From NCBI GenBank assembly GCA_026023565.1, contig JAPETS010000070.1:62001-83582 (forward strand): DNA of 21,582 nt, written 5' to 3'. The notes beneath the pieces were generated by a model. That model saw nothing but the letters and a program-made list of their open reading frames with translations. It was not told the DNA's origin and ran no database searches. A program made the position numbers and the translations under genes. Each line of letters starts with the position of its first letter. Within the stretch, counting starts at the first letter, position 1. Below, one piece after another: positions 1 through 10,852 of the stretch. This stretch comes from Cirrosporium novae-zelandiae (Eukaryota).

Positions 1-52
1 ATCTCCGTGGGAATGCAGAGAGGCTATTGTCTACACATGTCCGTCAGAACCA

Positions 53-60
53 TATAAATA
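53..60 (+). promoter_or_regulatory. Putative TATA box of the flavin-binding protein gene
   Basis: TATAAATA about 130 nt upstream of the ATG at 191. Confidence 0.45.
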
Positions 61-190
61 CGGCAGGTCTACGCTTGACATGGAATCCAACAGAGAACCC
101 TATTTGATATTTTGACTTGGAATCTAAGTGACTCAAGCACTTCATCATCTAAACCCTCATCCTCAAGTCCCTGACGAGAAAACAATAGTC

Positions 191-1023
191 ATGGGCCGTA
201 ATCTCATATACCCTAAGACTACCCACAACACTATCCATCGGGAGAGTGAACGAGGTATATCCCCCCTAGAAAAAGCAAGTAGATAGAAAGCATATGGGTT
301 GATGTTTTTGCAGCGACATATGACACCCGTACAATCCATGAAATCGTCAATACGACGCCCGTCGTCCATGTGTCTTTCCCCCCTGATCCATCCGACGAGT
401 TCCCTGCGATTCTTCCGATGATTGGGCAAATGGGTTCCTTCGCTGATCCCAGTGCTGATCTTGGGGAACCACTGGACTGCTATCTCCATGGATATGTGAG
501 CTCCCGCCTCATGAATCTAGCCCGAGCATCAGAGAAAGGTTTGCCGGTGTGTATTAGCGCCACCAAGGTCGATGGTTTCGTCCTCTCTCTAACACCATTC
601 TCCCACTCCTACAATTACCGTTCTGCGGTCTTGCAAGGATATGGCACTCTTGTCACGGAGAAAGAAGAGAAGATGTGGGCAATGGAACTCATCACTAACT
701 CGGCAATCCCCGATCAATGGAAATATACTCGAGTACCGCCAGATGGGGGAGAATTGGCTTCAACATCGGTTCTCAGAGTAAAGATTGTTAGTGGAAGCGG
801 GAAGATGAGAAATGGTGGACCACATGACGACAAGAAGGATCTCAACAGGTCGGAACTGACTAGCAAAATTTGGACAGGAGTAATCCCTATTTGGCAGACA
901 TTTGGCACACCAGTTGAAGCACCTACATGTGGTGTCTCAAAGGTACCAGAGCGCATTACTAACTTCCTTAAAGAGACTAATGAGGATAATGAAGAGTATG
1001 GAAAGAAGGCGGCTAAAGACTGA
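191..1023 (+). CDS. Flavin-nucleotide-binding protein, pyridoxamine 5'-phosphate oxidase-like / NimA-like split-barrel family; join(191..254,314..1023), ~257 aa
   Basis: ATG at 191 (MGRNLIYPKTTHNTIHRESER). A 59-nt GTATAT...TTGCAG intron (255..313) restores the frame into the 370..1023 ORF (ATYDTRTIHEIVNTTPVVHVSF). Family-typical motifs: PMIGQMG, YLHGYVSSRLM, DGFVLSLTPFSHSYNYRSAVL, WTGVIP. Confidence 0.85.
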
Positions 1024-1199
1024 GTAGTTAAATGACTCAGATCAGGCATGGTCGCTCAGAGTTTGCTAGCGGGTAGATGTTAAGACTATGTTTTAAATCG
1101 TCACATAATGAATCGCACTTTGGGCTCTCTCTCTCTAATGGAAATACTGGTAGGGTCCCCTAGAATCCATATTATAAACACCATCAGTCGTAATAGTCT

Positions 1200-2758
1200 T
1201 TACCATTCATATTCAGGTCCCATGTGTTTGCAGATAGGATCAGATTCATCATATTCGCGTTGATCGTGTGGAATCGAGTAGTCAAAATTCTTCCCTAGCT
1301 TGTTCTCTAGTTGTATATGTTCTAGCAAGCTCGTCCTCACTTTATCTTGGTACCATTTCACGGCATGCTCTACTTCAATATTAGTGCGAATAGTATACCT
1401 TATCATCAGAAAGAATCTTACCTTGCACAGGGTGTACTCTTCCTTTCTCAAACACACCATTACTAAACCCCTTTTGTGCAGCAATTGCAAGTTGCAGGTC
1501 CTCTATATCAACGAGCCGCCAGTACGGAATATTTTCGTTATACCATTCATCATATTCGGTGCTTGGCTTCTTTAGATCAGCACGCCGATACATTTCATTA
1601 TGATACGATGTGTTCAGAACGCCAGTGGCACTGAATCTGAAGATGCAGAGCATGGTTTTGCTGAAAGACAAAAAGCCAATGGGGTAAAGCCAGGTGATAT
1701 ATGCTTCGTCATCGGAAGGAGTCTTCAATGGAAGGAAGTGGCGGGAGGCTCCGATTCCCTGGCGCAGATAATAATTCTTAAGGTCGTAGTCTTTGGGGAG
1801 TGTTGTGGGGTGACCAGTGGGGCAGTGATAACATTCCTGAAAACCATCTGTAAAGGTCTTCCAGTTGAACTGGGTGCCAATAGTGGAGCTTTCCCATGTA
1901 TTATCATATTCCCATCCGTGTTTCTGAAAATATTCGTATTCATTACCAATCTCACAGCCGGTGGTACTCGTGGGGTTTGGATCAAAATCATCGCCAAATT
2001 GATCACCGAAAGATACTGAGGGAGTCTCAGCGGCGTCAAAATTGACGAAAATAAATCCTTGAGCAGTGGTATGAGTATGGACTTGGAAAAGGGAGTGCGA
2101 TTTCGGATCGAAATCCTGGAGATCCATATAATCACGGGCCTTGTGCAATTCGCCGGTGGGAAGATATGACCTATTACTCTTAGCCTGAGCATAATAGAGA
2201 GAGATAGAATTGTACATACCAGCCATGAAATCGACAGCTTAATACGGTTGACGAACCATATTGCTTAGTGATAACTGGATGTCCACGATGGCGGCAGATG
2301 TTATGGAACGCATTCTGAGACGTTCCCATAAGTGAGGTTCCATATATCCAAGATACGGGGGAATAAAGGACCTACAATATTCCCTTTCTTATCTCTAATA
2401 AGGAAGAAAGGCCAGCCAAACATCTCTAGCGTAAGATAATCGCCGGGTTTCTTAAAGCGTGCCGTGAAGGAGGCTAAGTGCCAGAGCTGTGATCATATAA
2501 GGCTTCAGAATAATGACGAAGATACGAAGGGCCCTACACGAGAGAATATTGCACGCCTCTCGAGCTGAAATATCTTCTCGTCTCGAAACCATCTGGCTGA
2601 GTTAGTGAATATTGGTTTAAATCAAGGAATAGTACATACCTTGAAGGTAGTAAGTCATGAACCTTTTTCTCTATATCTGCTTCTCGTAAGTTCACTTTAG
2701 TTCCTTTTTGAAGATATCCGCCATTTTTGAGGTACGTGATAGAATCAATAGAAGCCAT
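1200..2758 (-). CDS. Rieske [2Fe-2S] non-heme iron oxygenase alpha subunit (choline monooxygenase / ring-hydroxylating-like); exons 2758-2640, 2592-2538, 2486-2376, 2314-2220, 2170-1422, 1369-1200; ~432 aa
   Basis: Five GT-AG introns of 47-61 nt give one continuous frame. It contains LPSRWF...LERRAIFS..W, the Rieske motif NAFHNICRHRG-x-SCRFHGWSY, and mononuclear Fe ligands NWKTFTDGFQECYHCPTGHP and EDLQLAIAAQKG. Confidence 0.9.
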
Positions 2759-2853
2759 GGTACTTTCGTACCAATACAATTATTCTTGCGATATAGAATT
2801 GAACTACAGCTTAACGCTCTGGAGATATTATATCATTCTCAAATGTCAATAGA

Positions 2854-3128
2854 AGATAGTTAATCGGTGCTCATCAGATAAATATGTAGATTAGCTTCGA
2901 GTCATCTGTGGCTAACCCACCAAAGGGGGTTCTGCATTGGCTTCGTATTTCATGATAAAAGTGGGAAAGTGATCTTATCCGTGACAACGGTGAGTCAATG
3001 AGGGGTTGTCGGTGATCGGCTTTTGAATTATATCAGATACTTTACCCTTAACCCATACTGATTCCAACCCAGTAATCGTCATATTTTTGTTCGGGCCAAG
3101 CTGTTCTGTTGCTACCCATAAATTATCA
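2854..3128. promoter_or_regulatory. Cluster of HGATAR sites in the divergent Rieske/sirtuin intergenic region
   Basis: AGATAG at 2854, AGATAA at 2876, TGATAA at 2953, TTATCA at 3123. Confidence 0.3.
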
Positions 3129-3336
3129 TCTATATTGATGGGTAATAAACATTGATGGGTCGAGGTCACCGTCAAGTGAGATGGTTGGCAAAGGTTATTG
3201 ACTAAGATCCCGAGACTGTGCACCTTCCTTCTTACAGTGTATTTACCTCGAATATTATCCCCACGGCCGAGAATCTTGTGGATACCTACAATAGCTTATA
3301 AGGCCAGTTTCCATCCATAAGAATCACTTCACTGGA

Positions 3337-4502
3337 ATGTATGCTGCTCGTCCATGTTTCATTACCAAGTATTTTTCAAAACCTCAGATCAGGCTATTCA
3401 AAACCTCAGACCAAGCTGTTCAAAACCTCAGACCAAGCTGTTCAAGACCTCAGACCAGGCTGTTCAAGACGTCCGCCGCCATGAACTCATCAGCTAAATT
3501 GTCGACTGTTCCTTCCTCTGACCGAGAATCATTCTCTGCTTACCTACAATCATCGGAGCGGATACTGGCTCTCTGTGGGGCTGGTCTATCGGCTGCTTCA
3601 GGTCTCCCCACCTTTCGTGGTGCTGGCGGTATCTGGAGAAGCGAAGATGCGACTTCTTTGGCTACTCCAGAGGCTTTCAATGCCGACCCAGTCAAAGTTT
3701 GGCAATTTTACAGCTACCGGAGGCATATGGCCTTAAAAGCCCAACCTAACAGAGCACACCTAGCGCTGGCCGAGCTGGCTAGGAGGAAAGAGCATTTTGT
3801 GACCTTGACTCAAAATGTAGACGGTTAGTTATAGGCCTGCAGTTATTTATCATTAGCTCTGAGCGGTTGAATACAGGACTATCACCACGGGCGAACCACC
3901 CACCCTCGAAGCTTCATCTTCTGCATGGTTCTTTATTTGATAATCGATGTACCAACTTCTATTGCGATTATAGCAAAGAAAACGACTTCACAGACCCCAT
4001 AGTTCCTGCACTGGCTATTCCAAAAAAGGCTATAGAACCCAAACCCTTCGAAATAGACAAAACCGGGGCAAGGGCAGCGGAATCTCTTCATCAGGCAATG
4101 GTAAGAAGCGAGGAGTTGGACATCTCTGACGAAAGCATCCCTATTCCGAAGCTCAACGTACGAGAATTGCCTCACTGTCCAAAGTGCAGACATGGCATTC
4201 TTCGACCTGGGGTTGTCTGGTTCGGAGAAGCTCTGCCAGCAAAAACATTAGATGCAGTCAACCGATGGATTGATGACAGTGATAAAATAGATTTGATCAT
4301 GGTCATTGGTACTAGCTCTAGAGTCTACCCAGCTGCTTCGTACGTTGATATTGCGAGAATGAAAGGCGCTCGAGTTGCCGTCATTAATATGGATCGAGAG
4401 GATGCTCCTCAGTCCGAGTTCCGGGAGAACGATTGGTTCTTTGAAGGGGATGCGGGAGAAATTGTACCTGACATTTTGAAGTCTGTTGTTGGTGACATCT
4501 GA
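3337..4502 (+). CDS. NAD-dependent protein deacylase, class III sirtuin (SIRT5/CobB-like); join(3337..3823,3877..4502), ~370 aa; alternative start at 3481 (~322 aa)
   Basis: Motifs GAGLSAASGLPTFRGAGGIW, LATPEAF, VWQFYSYRR (class III Y-x-x-R succinyl/malonyl-binding pair), QNVDGL (split by the 53-nt intron 3824..3876), LHGSLF, zinc cysteines CTNFYC and CPKC, LRPGVVWFGE, IGTSSRVYPAA. Confidence 0.93.
3375..3470 (+). repeat. 22-bp tandem minisatellite, ~4.4 copies (TTCAARACCTCAGAYCARGCTR), in the sirtuin 5' coding extension
   Basis: Units start at 3375, 3397, 3419, 3441 and 3463 (partial). Confidence 0.95.
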
Positions 4503-4809
4503 GGAAATTGTCCTTGCTGGAGTTATAGATAGCGTTCCTGAAATTGATCAATTTGATCTCGGGTTTGGTCTTGTCATATAAAAGTTAAATGAAAATGGTG
4601 CTCATTTGAGTACTAAGGTAATTAATTAATTATTCAAGTTTACATGTCTCTTTGGAACTCTAGTTAGAAAGAATAATTAGAGATTTTTGAATGATGTTCT
4701 TCTACTCTATTAATTCGTTGCTCTAGGCGACTTGTACCCTCAACGTCACCGTTGGGCGCGTTTGTCTAATTAATCCAACAAGAAGTCGTGTCACTGGAGT
4801 CCTGAATGA

Positions 4810-7800
4810 ATGCAGACACGTAATAACACTCAAAGGTAAGTTCTGCTGTTTCATTTGTTTTTCTAGAGGATAAATGTTGACACAATGGAGAATAACAGGC
4901 CTCGAAAAACTCCTGGTGAGGGGATACGTCGGTACTTGAACACGTTATCGGCCAGCGGGTCTGAAAACATTCCCTCCGATAACTTTCGGGTATCAGCACA
5001 ACTATCCAGCACTGTTTCACCCCAGAGTTTAGGTGACTCGACATTGTTGTTTGATTCTTCACCTCCTGCCAACCCATCTGATATCATAGAAATACTCGAT
5101 TCACCTATAAGATTTCAGTCCCGTGGTGCTAATCCAACAAATACTCATCAGCCACCATCTATCGTCCAACCTACAGGCTCAGCTGCCCTAGCGGTTGACA
5201 TATTGTCCGAACATCCCAGGACTGATAATTTACCTGCCACTGGCGGCAGAAAGATCAAGAAAACCATGGTAAAGGAAAGAGAACCCCCGAAAGCGCCTTC
5301 GCCTTCGAAACCAAATCAACAACTGCCTCCCAGAATGCCTCAGCACCAAGGTCTACAGCCAGAATTTGGAAAGCCAAGTGCTCTCAATAGCCCTCTTCGT
5401 TCTAACGTCTTCAACATTCCAAAGAAGGGTCAGCCACGTCCAGAACATCACACAGGTCCAGTTTCCAGTGAGTTGAATGTTACACTCCATTATAACCATT
5501 CTTACGGTTGTATAGGGCACGACCAGCAAAGACAGTACAATATCCAATATTCAGCCTCGGATCCTTTCCAGCCAGTAAAACCGACGGCCTATACCTCAAA
5601 GTCATCCACCGATGGAGATGATTCCATTGTCGAGATCCCTCGTCCATCCAATCCAAAAACTTGGACTACAAGTGCTCCTCCACAACCAATGTTTTCGTCT
5701 CACGGCTTCGGGGGTGGACCAGCTTACTCGCAAAGCTATGCTGATAACTATGTTGACCTCACTAAGACTCACAATAATGATGATGTCTTCAACCCCGACA
5801 GAGCTTTATTTGATGGGAAGTTTGGTTCAGCTGACCCATACGCTTATGTAGACTCAGGACAAGCAAATGAAAACATCAAGGCATTGCTTGAAGGAGCTTT
5901 CGAGGACGAAGACGATGAACCTAAAACAAGATCTAGGGCTAAGAGGATTGCTGAAAAGACAGATAAGCTGGCTGATCGCCTGGGGGGCCTAAAGGTTGGA
6001 GAGGCAGAGTCTCCGGACAAAGAGCCCACGGATGAAGTCGAAGAGGAGGAAGACGATGGAACCGTTGAGGGTCTTGCAATCAAACTCCTCCCCCATCAGA
6101 TTGAAGGAGTTAGCTGGATGAGAGACAAAGAAAGTCGAATCAAGAAGAAGAACGGCGTTCTCCCCAAGGGTGGAATTCTTGCAGATGATATGGGATTGGG
6201 AAAGACTATTCAATCGCTATCACTAATCCTTACAAACCCACGGCCTAAATTTTCGGATCCTGTTGAAGCTGGTACAAGAAAAGTCTCCGCCAACGTTGAT
6301 AAAGGGACGCTTGTTGTGGCACCTCTGGCCTTAATTAGGCAATGGGAAGCAGAAATTAAGGAAAAGGTGTTGCCCTCGCACAAGTTGCGTGTATGCGTTC
6401 ACCATGGTCCCCAAAGGACAAAAAGCTCAGAGGATCTAAAACGGTATGATGTTGTCATTACGACATATCAGATCCTGGTATCAGAGTTCGGGAATTCCTC
6501 AAAGGACGAAGGTGGTCTGAAAGCTGGTTGTTTCGGCGTTCATTGGTATCGCATATTATTGGATGAAGCTCATTCAATCAAGAACCGTAATGCCAAGGCC
6601 AGTCAAGCATGTTGCGCCCTCAAGGCGGAATATAGATGGTGTCTGACAGGCACGCCAATGCAAAACAACCTCGATGAGCTACAAAGTCTGATCAAATTCC
6701 TCCGCATCAAGCCATACAATGATCTTGCGACTTGGAAGGACCAAATCACAAGGCCGCTCAATAACGGACGAGGTGGTGTAGCAATCAAGAGATTACAATA
6801 TTATCTCAAGGCGTTTATGAAGCGTCGGACAAAGGATGTTCTGCGGCAAGAAGGCGCCCTCAGCACTGGAACCAGCCATGCTAGCAAGGACAAGCCGAAG
6901 ACTACTTTTCAGATTACAGGAAGGAAGATCGAGAAGGTCGTTGCCGAGTTCTCGCCGAAAGAGCGTGAATTCTACGATCATCTGGAACAACGTGCCGATA
7001 GAAGACTTCAGCAAATGATGGACGAACTTGACGAGAGCCAAAAACTCAACTATGCTGGTGCTTTAGTGCTACTACTTCGTCTTCGACAAGCTTGCAATCA
7101 TCCGAAGTTGGTTGGTGGCAATCTGAAAAATGACCATGATGCAATGTCAACACCGGATCTAGCGATACAATCCCCAAAGAAATCGAAATCTGCATCTAAC
7201 GACGACCTTGATGATGTTACTAACTTAATGGGAGGCTTGAGCGTTGAAACGAAGAAATGTGACATCTGCCAGGTCAAGCTCTCATCGGAGGAAGCTGGAA
7301 TGGGTGCCATTCGCTGCGCTGAATGCGAGGGAGACCTTGCTAATGTGACTCCACAGAAAGCTTCTAAAAAGAGTAAGAAACACAAAAAGCACTCCAAAAG
7401 GGAATCCCCCGGACCCGAAAACACAAAGCCCTCGATTCCAAAGGATAGAAATAGAAACAAGCGTATAGTTCTAGATAGTGATGACGAAGAAGAAGATGGC
7501 GAGTGGATTGTGCCCGAAGGCCAAAGACCCGCGGCGAGTCTTGGAAAAGCGGGCGGGGAAGAAGATGAGAATATAGAGGGAGGGGGGGAATGGCTGGGTT
7601 CCGAGAATTCGGAGACTGAAGATGATGATGACGAAGTTGATAGCGAAACGGATGATCAAAGTGATAGTGAAGCCGATGACTTGGACGAAGAAGCCGATTC
7701 TGTTCTGGATCGTTCAAAAGAAGTTATCAGTCTTGCCGACTCGGACGAGGAACAAGAAGAGCAGGATGTAGAGGAGGATGAGGAAGAGGAGTCAGAACCC

Positions 7801-8622
7801 GAAACAGAATCTGACTTTGAAGAAGAAATGCAAGAAGCTGGCTCGATCTCTCTTTCCTCCAAAGTCCGAAAACTGATGGAAATTTTACGCAAAGAGACTT
7901 CGGAGCACAAGTTTATTGTTTACTCCGAATTTACATCTATGCTCAACATCATCGAGCCGTTCCTCAGAAAGGAACATCTTGTTTTTACGAGATACGATGG
8001 AAGCATGAGAAACGACTTACGCGAGGCAAGTTTAGACCGTCTTCGAAATGATAAGAAGACTCGAATCTTGCTCTGCAGTCTTAAATGTGGCTCCTTGGGC
8101 TTGAATTTGACGGCCGCTAGCCGCGTCGTAATTTTGGAGCCCTTCTGGAATCCTGTAAGTCCAAGATAATTTTTTCATTTGCCAATTGTACAGAAGTCGC
8201 TGACATTTTCCAAGTTCATCGAAGAGCAGGCAATCGATCGTGTTCATCGCATCAATCAAACTGTGGATGTGGTGGTATATAAAATCACGGTTGCTAACAC
8301 GGTTGAAGAGCGAATACTAGCGTTGCAGGAGAAGAAGCGCCTACTGGCCAGTGCAGCTATCGAGGGTAAGGGAGGGGCCAAGTTGAGCATGAAGGATGTC
8401 TTGGCTCTCTTTAGGAGAGATGCCGAAGCTCTTCATGGTGACTTTGACCCTGACGATGGGCTGGGATCAAAGGTCAAGGTACTTGAACTATCTCAATCCT
8501 CAACCCCAAGTCATTCAACAGAGCGATCTCAGCAAGAATCTCGCAGAAATCCGGCTCAGCTGGAAAGGCGTGCACACAAGACCTCGGAACCTAAGGATTC
8601 TGCTTATTCTCGGCGTTGGTAA
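4810..8622 (+). CDS. SNF2-family helicase-like ATPase (Rad5/Rad16/Uls1-Rrp2-like group); probable join(4810..4835,4899..5467,5516..8154,8215..8622), ~1213 aa
   Basis: Motifs LLPHQ, GGILADDMGLGKT, TLVVAPLALIRQW, DEAH, WCLTGTPMQN, LLRLRQACNHP, LGLNLTAASRV. EPFWNP|FIEEQAIDRVHRINQ is joined across the 60-nt intron 8155..8214. The 5' exon and the 5468..5515 intron are inferred from splice signals; 4885 is the alternative start. Confidence 0.92.
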
Positions 8623-10824
8623 GATCCATGCTAGGAGGCCTTGAGCGACCAGGTTGACGAAATGCGATGAACTAAAAAGACAATAAACATGAACTTTTGA
8701 GATCCCAATTATTATTTTACTTTGGATACACAGGCTTGGCATGATAACAAGGGTGATGGGTACTGGACGATGGAGAGGTTCTGTCAAGGATAGATGTTAC
8801 CATCAAAACCATGGAAGTAAATATCCACGTAGCTGCATGTGAATAATGACAGCAGGCATGGATTGTTAAATTTGAAACTCGATGTGCCAGAGAGTTCGTA
8901 GCGGAGTTGATGGTGGATGGAAACATTGTTAGACGATGAGATGAGATGCAAGTACAGTAGAAATTTGCCACAGCATGGAGAGAAGGTTCAAAGCGCATGG
9001 GGATCTACGGGCTAATTACAAGCAGTTACGACTTCGTCTTATCTTGAACATCTCAAAAAGCAACAGGGAATGACTAATCTCCTGAAGGTAGCGATGGCTC
9101 TGAGCTGGTCCGACATGGGTGGACTAGCAGGGATACCCTTGGTATAAAATTGAACCGATGCTGGTAAAGCAAAACAGTCTGAGTCAGAAGGAATTCTCAT
9201 TATTGTCATTGTGTGGAGTGAGCAAGTCACATGATTTGAGCAAGCTGCAATGAATTATTTCCTCCCGAAGTAGACAGGTGTGTGAGGGTGAAACCAATCC
9301 TTTCCTGGGTTGGTGAAGCCCATGGGTGACGAGTTGGGGGCCGCCAGGGTGCCAGTATGAGTATGTTATGCCAGTTCAGAGGATGGATGGGCTCTTGAAA
9401 TAAATGACTTGGATTCAAAGTTGGTTCGAAAGTGGTTCGAAGTATGTGTTTTATTAGTGACCAGTCGAGGCTCCTTTGGACTTCGGTGATAGAGTTTCAT
9501 GGGTAGAGCAATCCATCCAAGAAAGGAAAGTAGAGCGGACTACAAAAGGTGACTGGGGCGTTTTTTTTTTCTTTCTTTCTAGAAGACTTTTCGAAATTCC
9601 ACGCAACCTTATTACCGACGCTAATGTTGAAGCGCCGCGTGCTTGATCACATGCCCCCCAATCCAGTGGCTCGTCTTGGCTACCTTGAACCTTGGCGTGC
9701 GTGGTTAAACCTGCTGCTGCTTTTGACCCACCAGCCAAAAAGGAACGAGCGAGCATATTACTTGCTGCTATCTACCGTGCTCGACTCTACTTCGACTCGA
9801 ATATGTACTTTAACCTAGGTAACCACCTAAGCTAATTTCTTGTCAGTCTGACCATTGCATAATAAAAGAATCATCTCTGAGTCCCCAAAAAAAGATGTTG
9901 ATAGGGAATTCCTTTATAGGCAATTCTGGTTGAGTTCGGAGCATTGTCGCCCTGCCTTATTTTTTACTATAGTTATTCACCCTTCATCTCGATGAATCCA
10001 TACTATGAGGAACTATAGTTACCAACATCCAGAAGTAGCAGTTGTACTCAAGATATTATTACATCGACCAAGCTTTTGATTTGCTAGTAGGTCGATCTTC
10101 GTGTTCCTATCAAAGCATATAGGCAAATGACGTTTGGATCTGCACGAAATGAATGGTTAGGGTAGGATATGACAACCAGGGTACCTGCAGCAGGAGGGGA
10201 TAAGATCCAATCTGCAAGGAGCCGACTTCTGGGTCAAGTTTAGGAAAAAACAAATCAACCATTTAATTAACTAGACTAACGAGGCGTCACAAATGCAGCA
10301 TGGGATCATGGTTGTTCATCAAGCCCAAAATAACGGTCAAACATGAGGAGACATCCGACCTGGCTAGCTAGACATTGACTGACAGACAACCTCTGACAAG
10401 TAGTATTAGTATAGATGATACCATATAGTTAGTTACAAGGTCACAAAAATGAGGAACGTGAATATGAATGTGAAACACGATCGTCAGGGGGGGGTGTTGG
10501 TGAGAAGAAAAAAAGGGAGGGAAGAAAAAAAAAAAAGAGGGCTTCACGGATAGGACTCCAAGAGGACAAGTGTAGTTTATGTCTTTTACATACAGTTGAA
10601 TAAAAAGCATCAAGGGATAAAATACTTTTTAGTACAGGAATCAAGAAACCTCGGACCTTTACGGCTCTAACCTACGAGCTCGACTTAAAGTTTGCCATTG
10701 ATCTCTCATTGGCCCATTGTGAATAAATCGGACCATCTCGCAATGGTTGAACTCCACTAGCCCCAACAGGCAGGACCTATCTTCAACTAATCCGCATTGA
10801 TCCAAGTTGCCCAGTGCCTTGCTA

Positions 10825-10852
10825 ATTTGACCATTTGACCATTTGACCATTT
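10825..10852. repeat. 8-bp tandem repeat (ATTTGACC) x3.5
   Basis: Read directly from the sequence. Confidence 0.9.

Noticed and set aside
3375..3470. CRISPR-like reading of the 22-bp repeats
   Set aside because: Units are directly adjacent with no spacers, the context is eukaryotic, and there are no cas genes.
4741..4761. CAACG-TCAC-CGTTG mini inverted repeat and CGCGT (MCB-like) upstream of SNF2
   Set aside because: Single short, imperfect motifs that cannot be distinguished from chance.
9409..9443. Two GGTTCGAA motifs resembling a tRNA T-loop / Pol III B box
   Set aside because: They lack the downstream YCC, an A box and any cloverleaf stems; they look like a degenerate 11-bp tandem duplication.
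8717..9818. Short ORFs (63-100 aa) on both strands downstream of SNF2
   Set aside because: No recognisable motifs, no consistent splice structure, and several use non-ATG starts or cross homopolymer runs.
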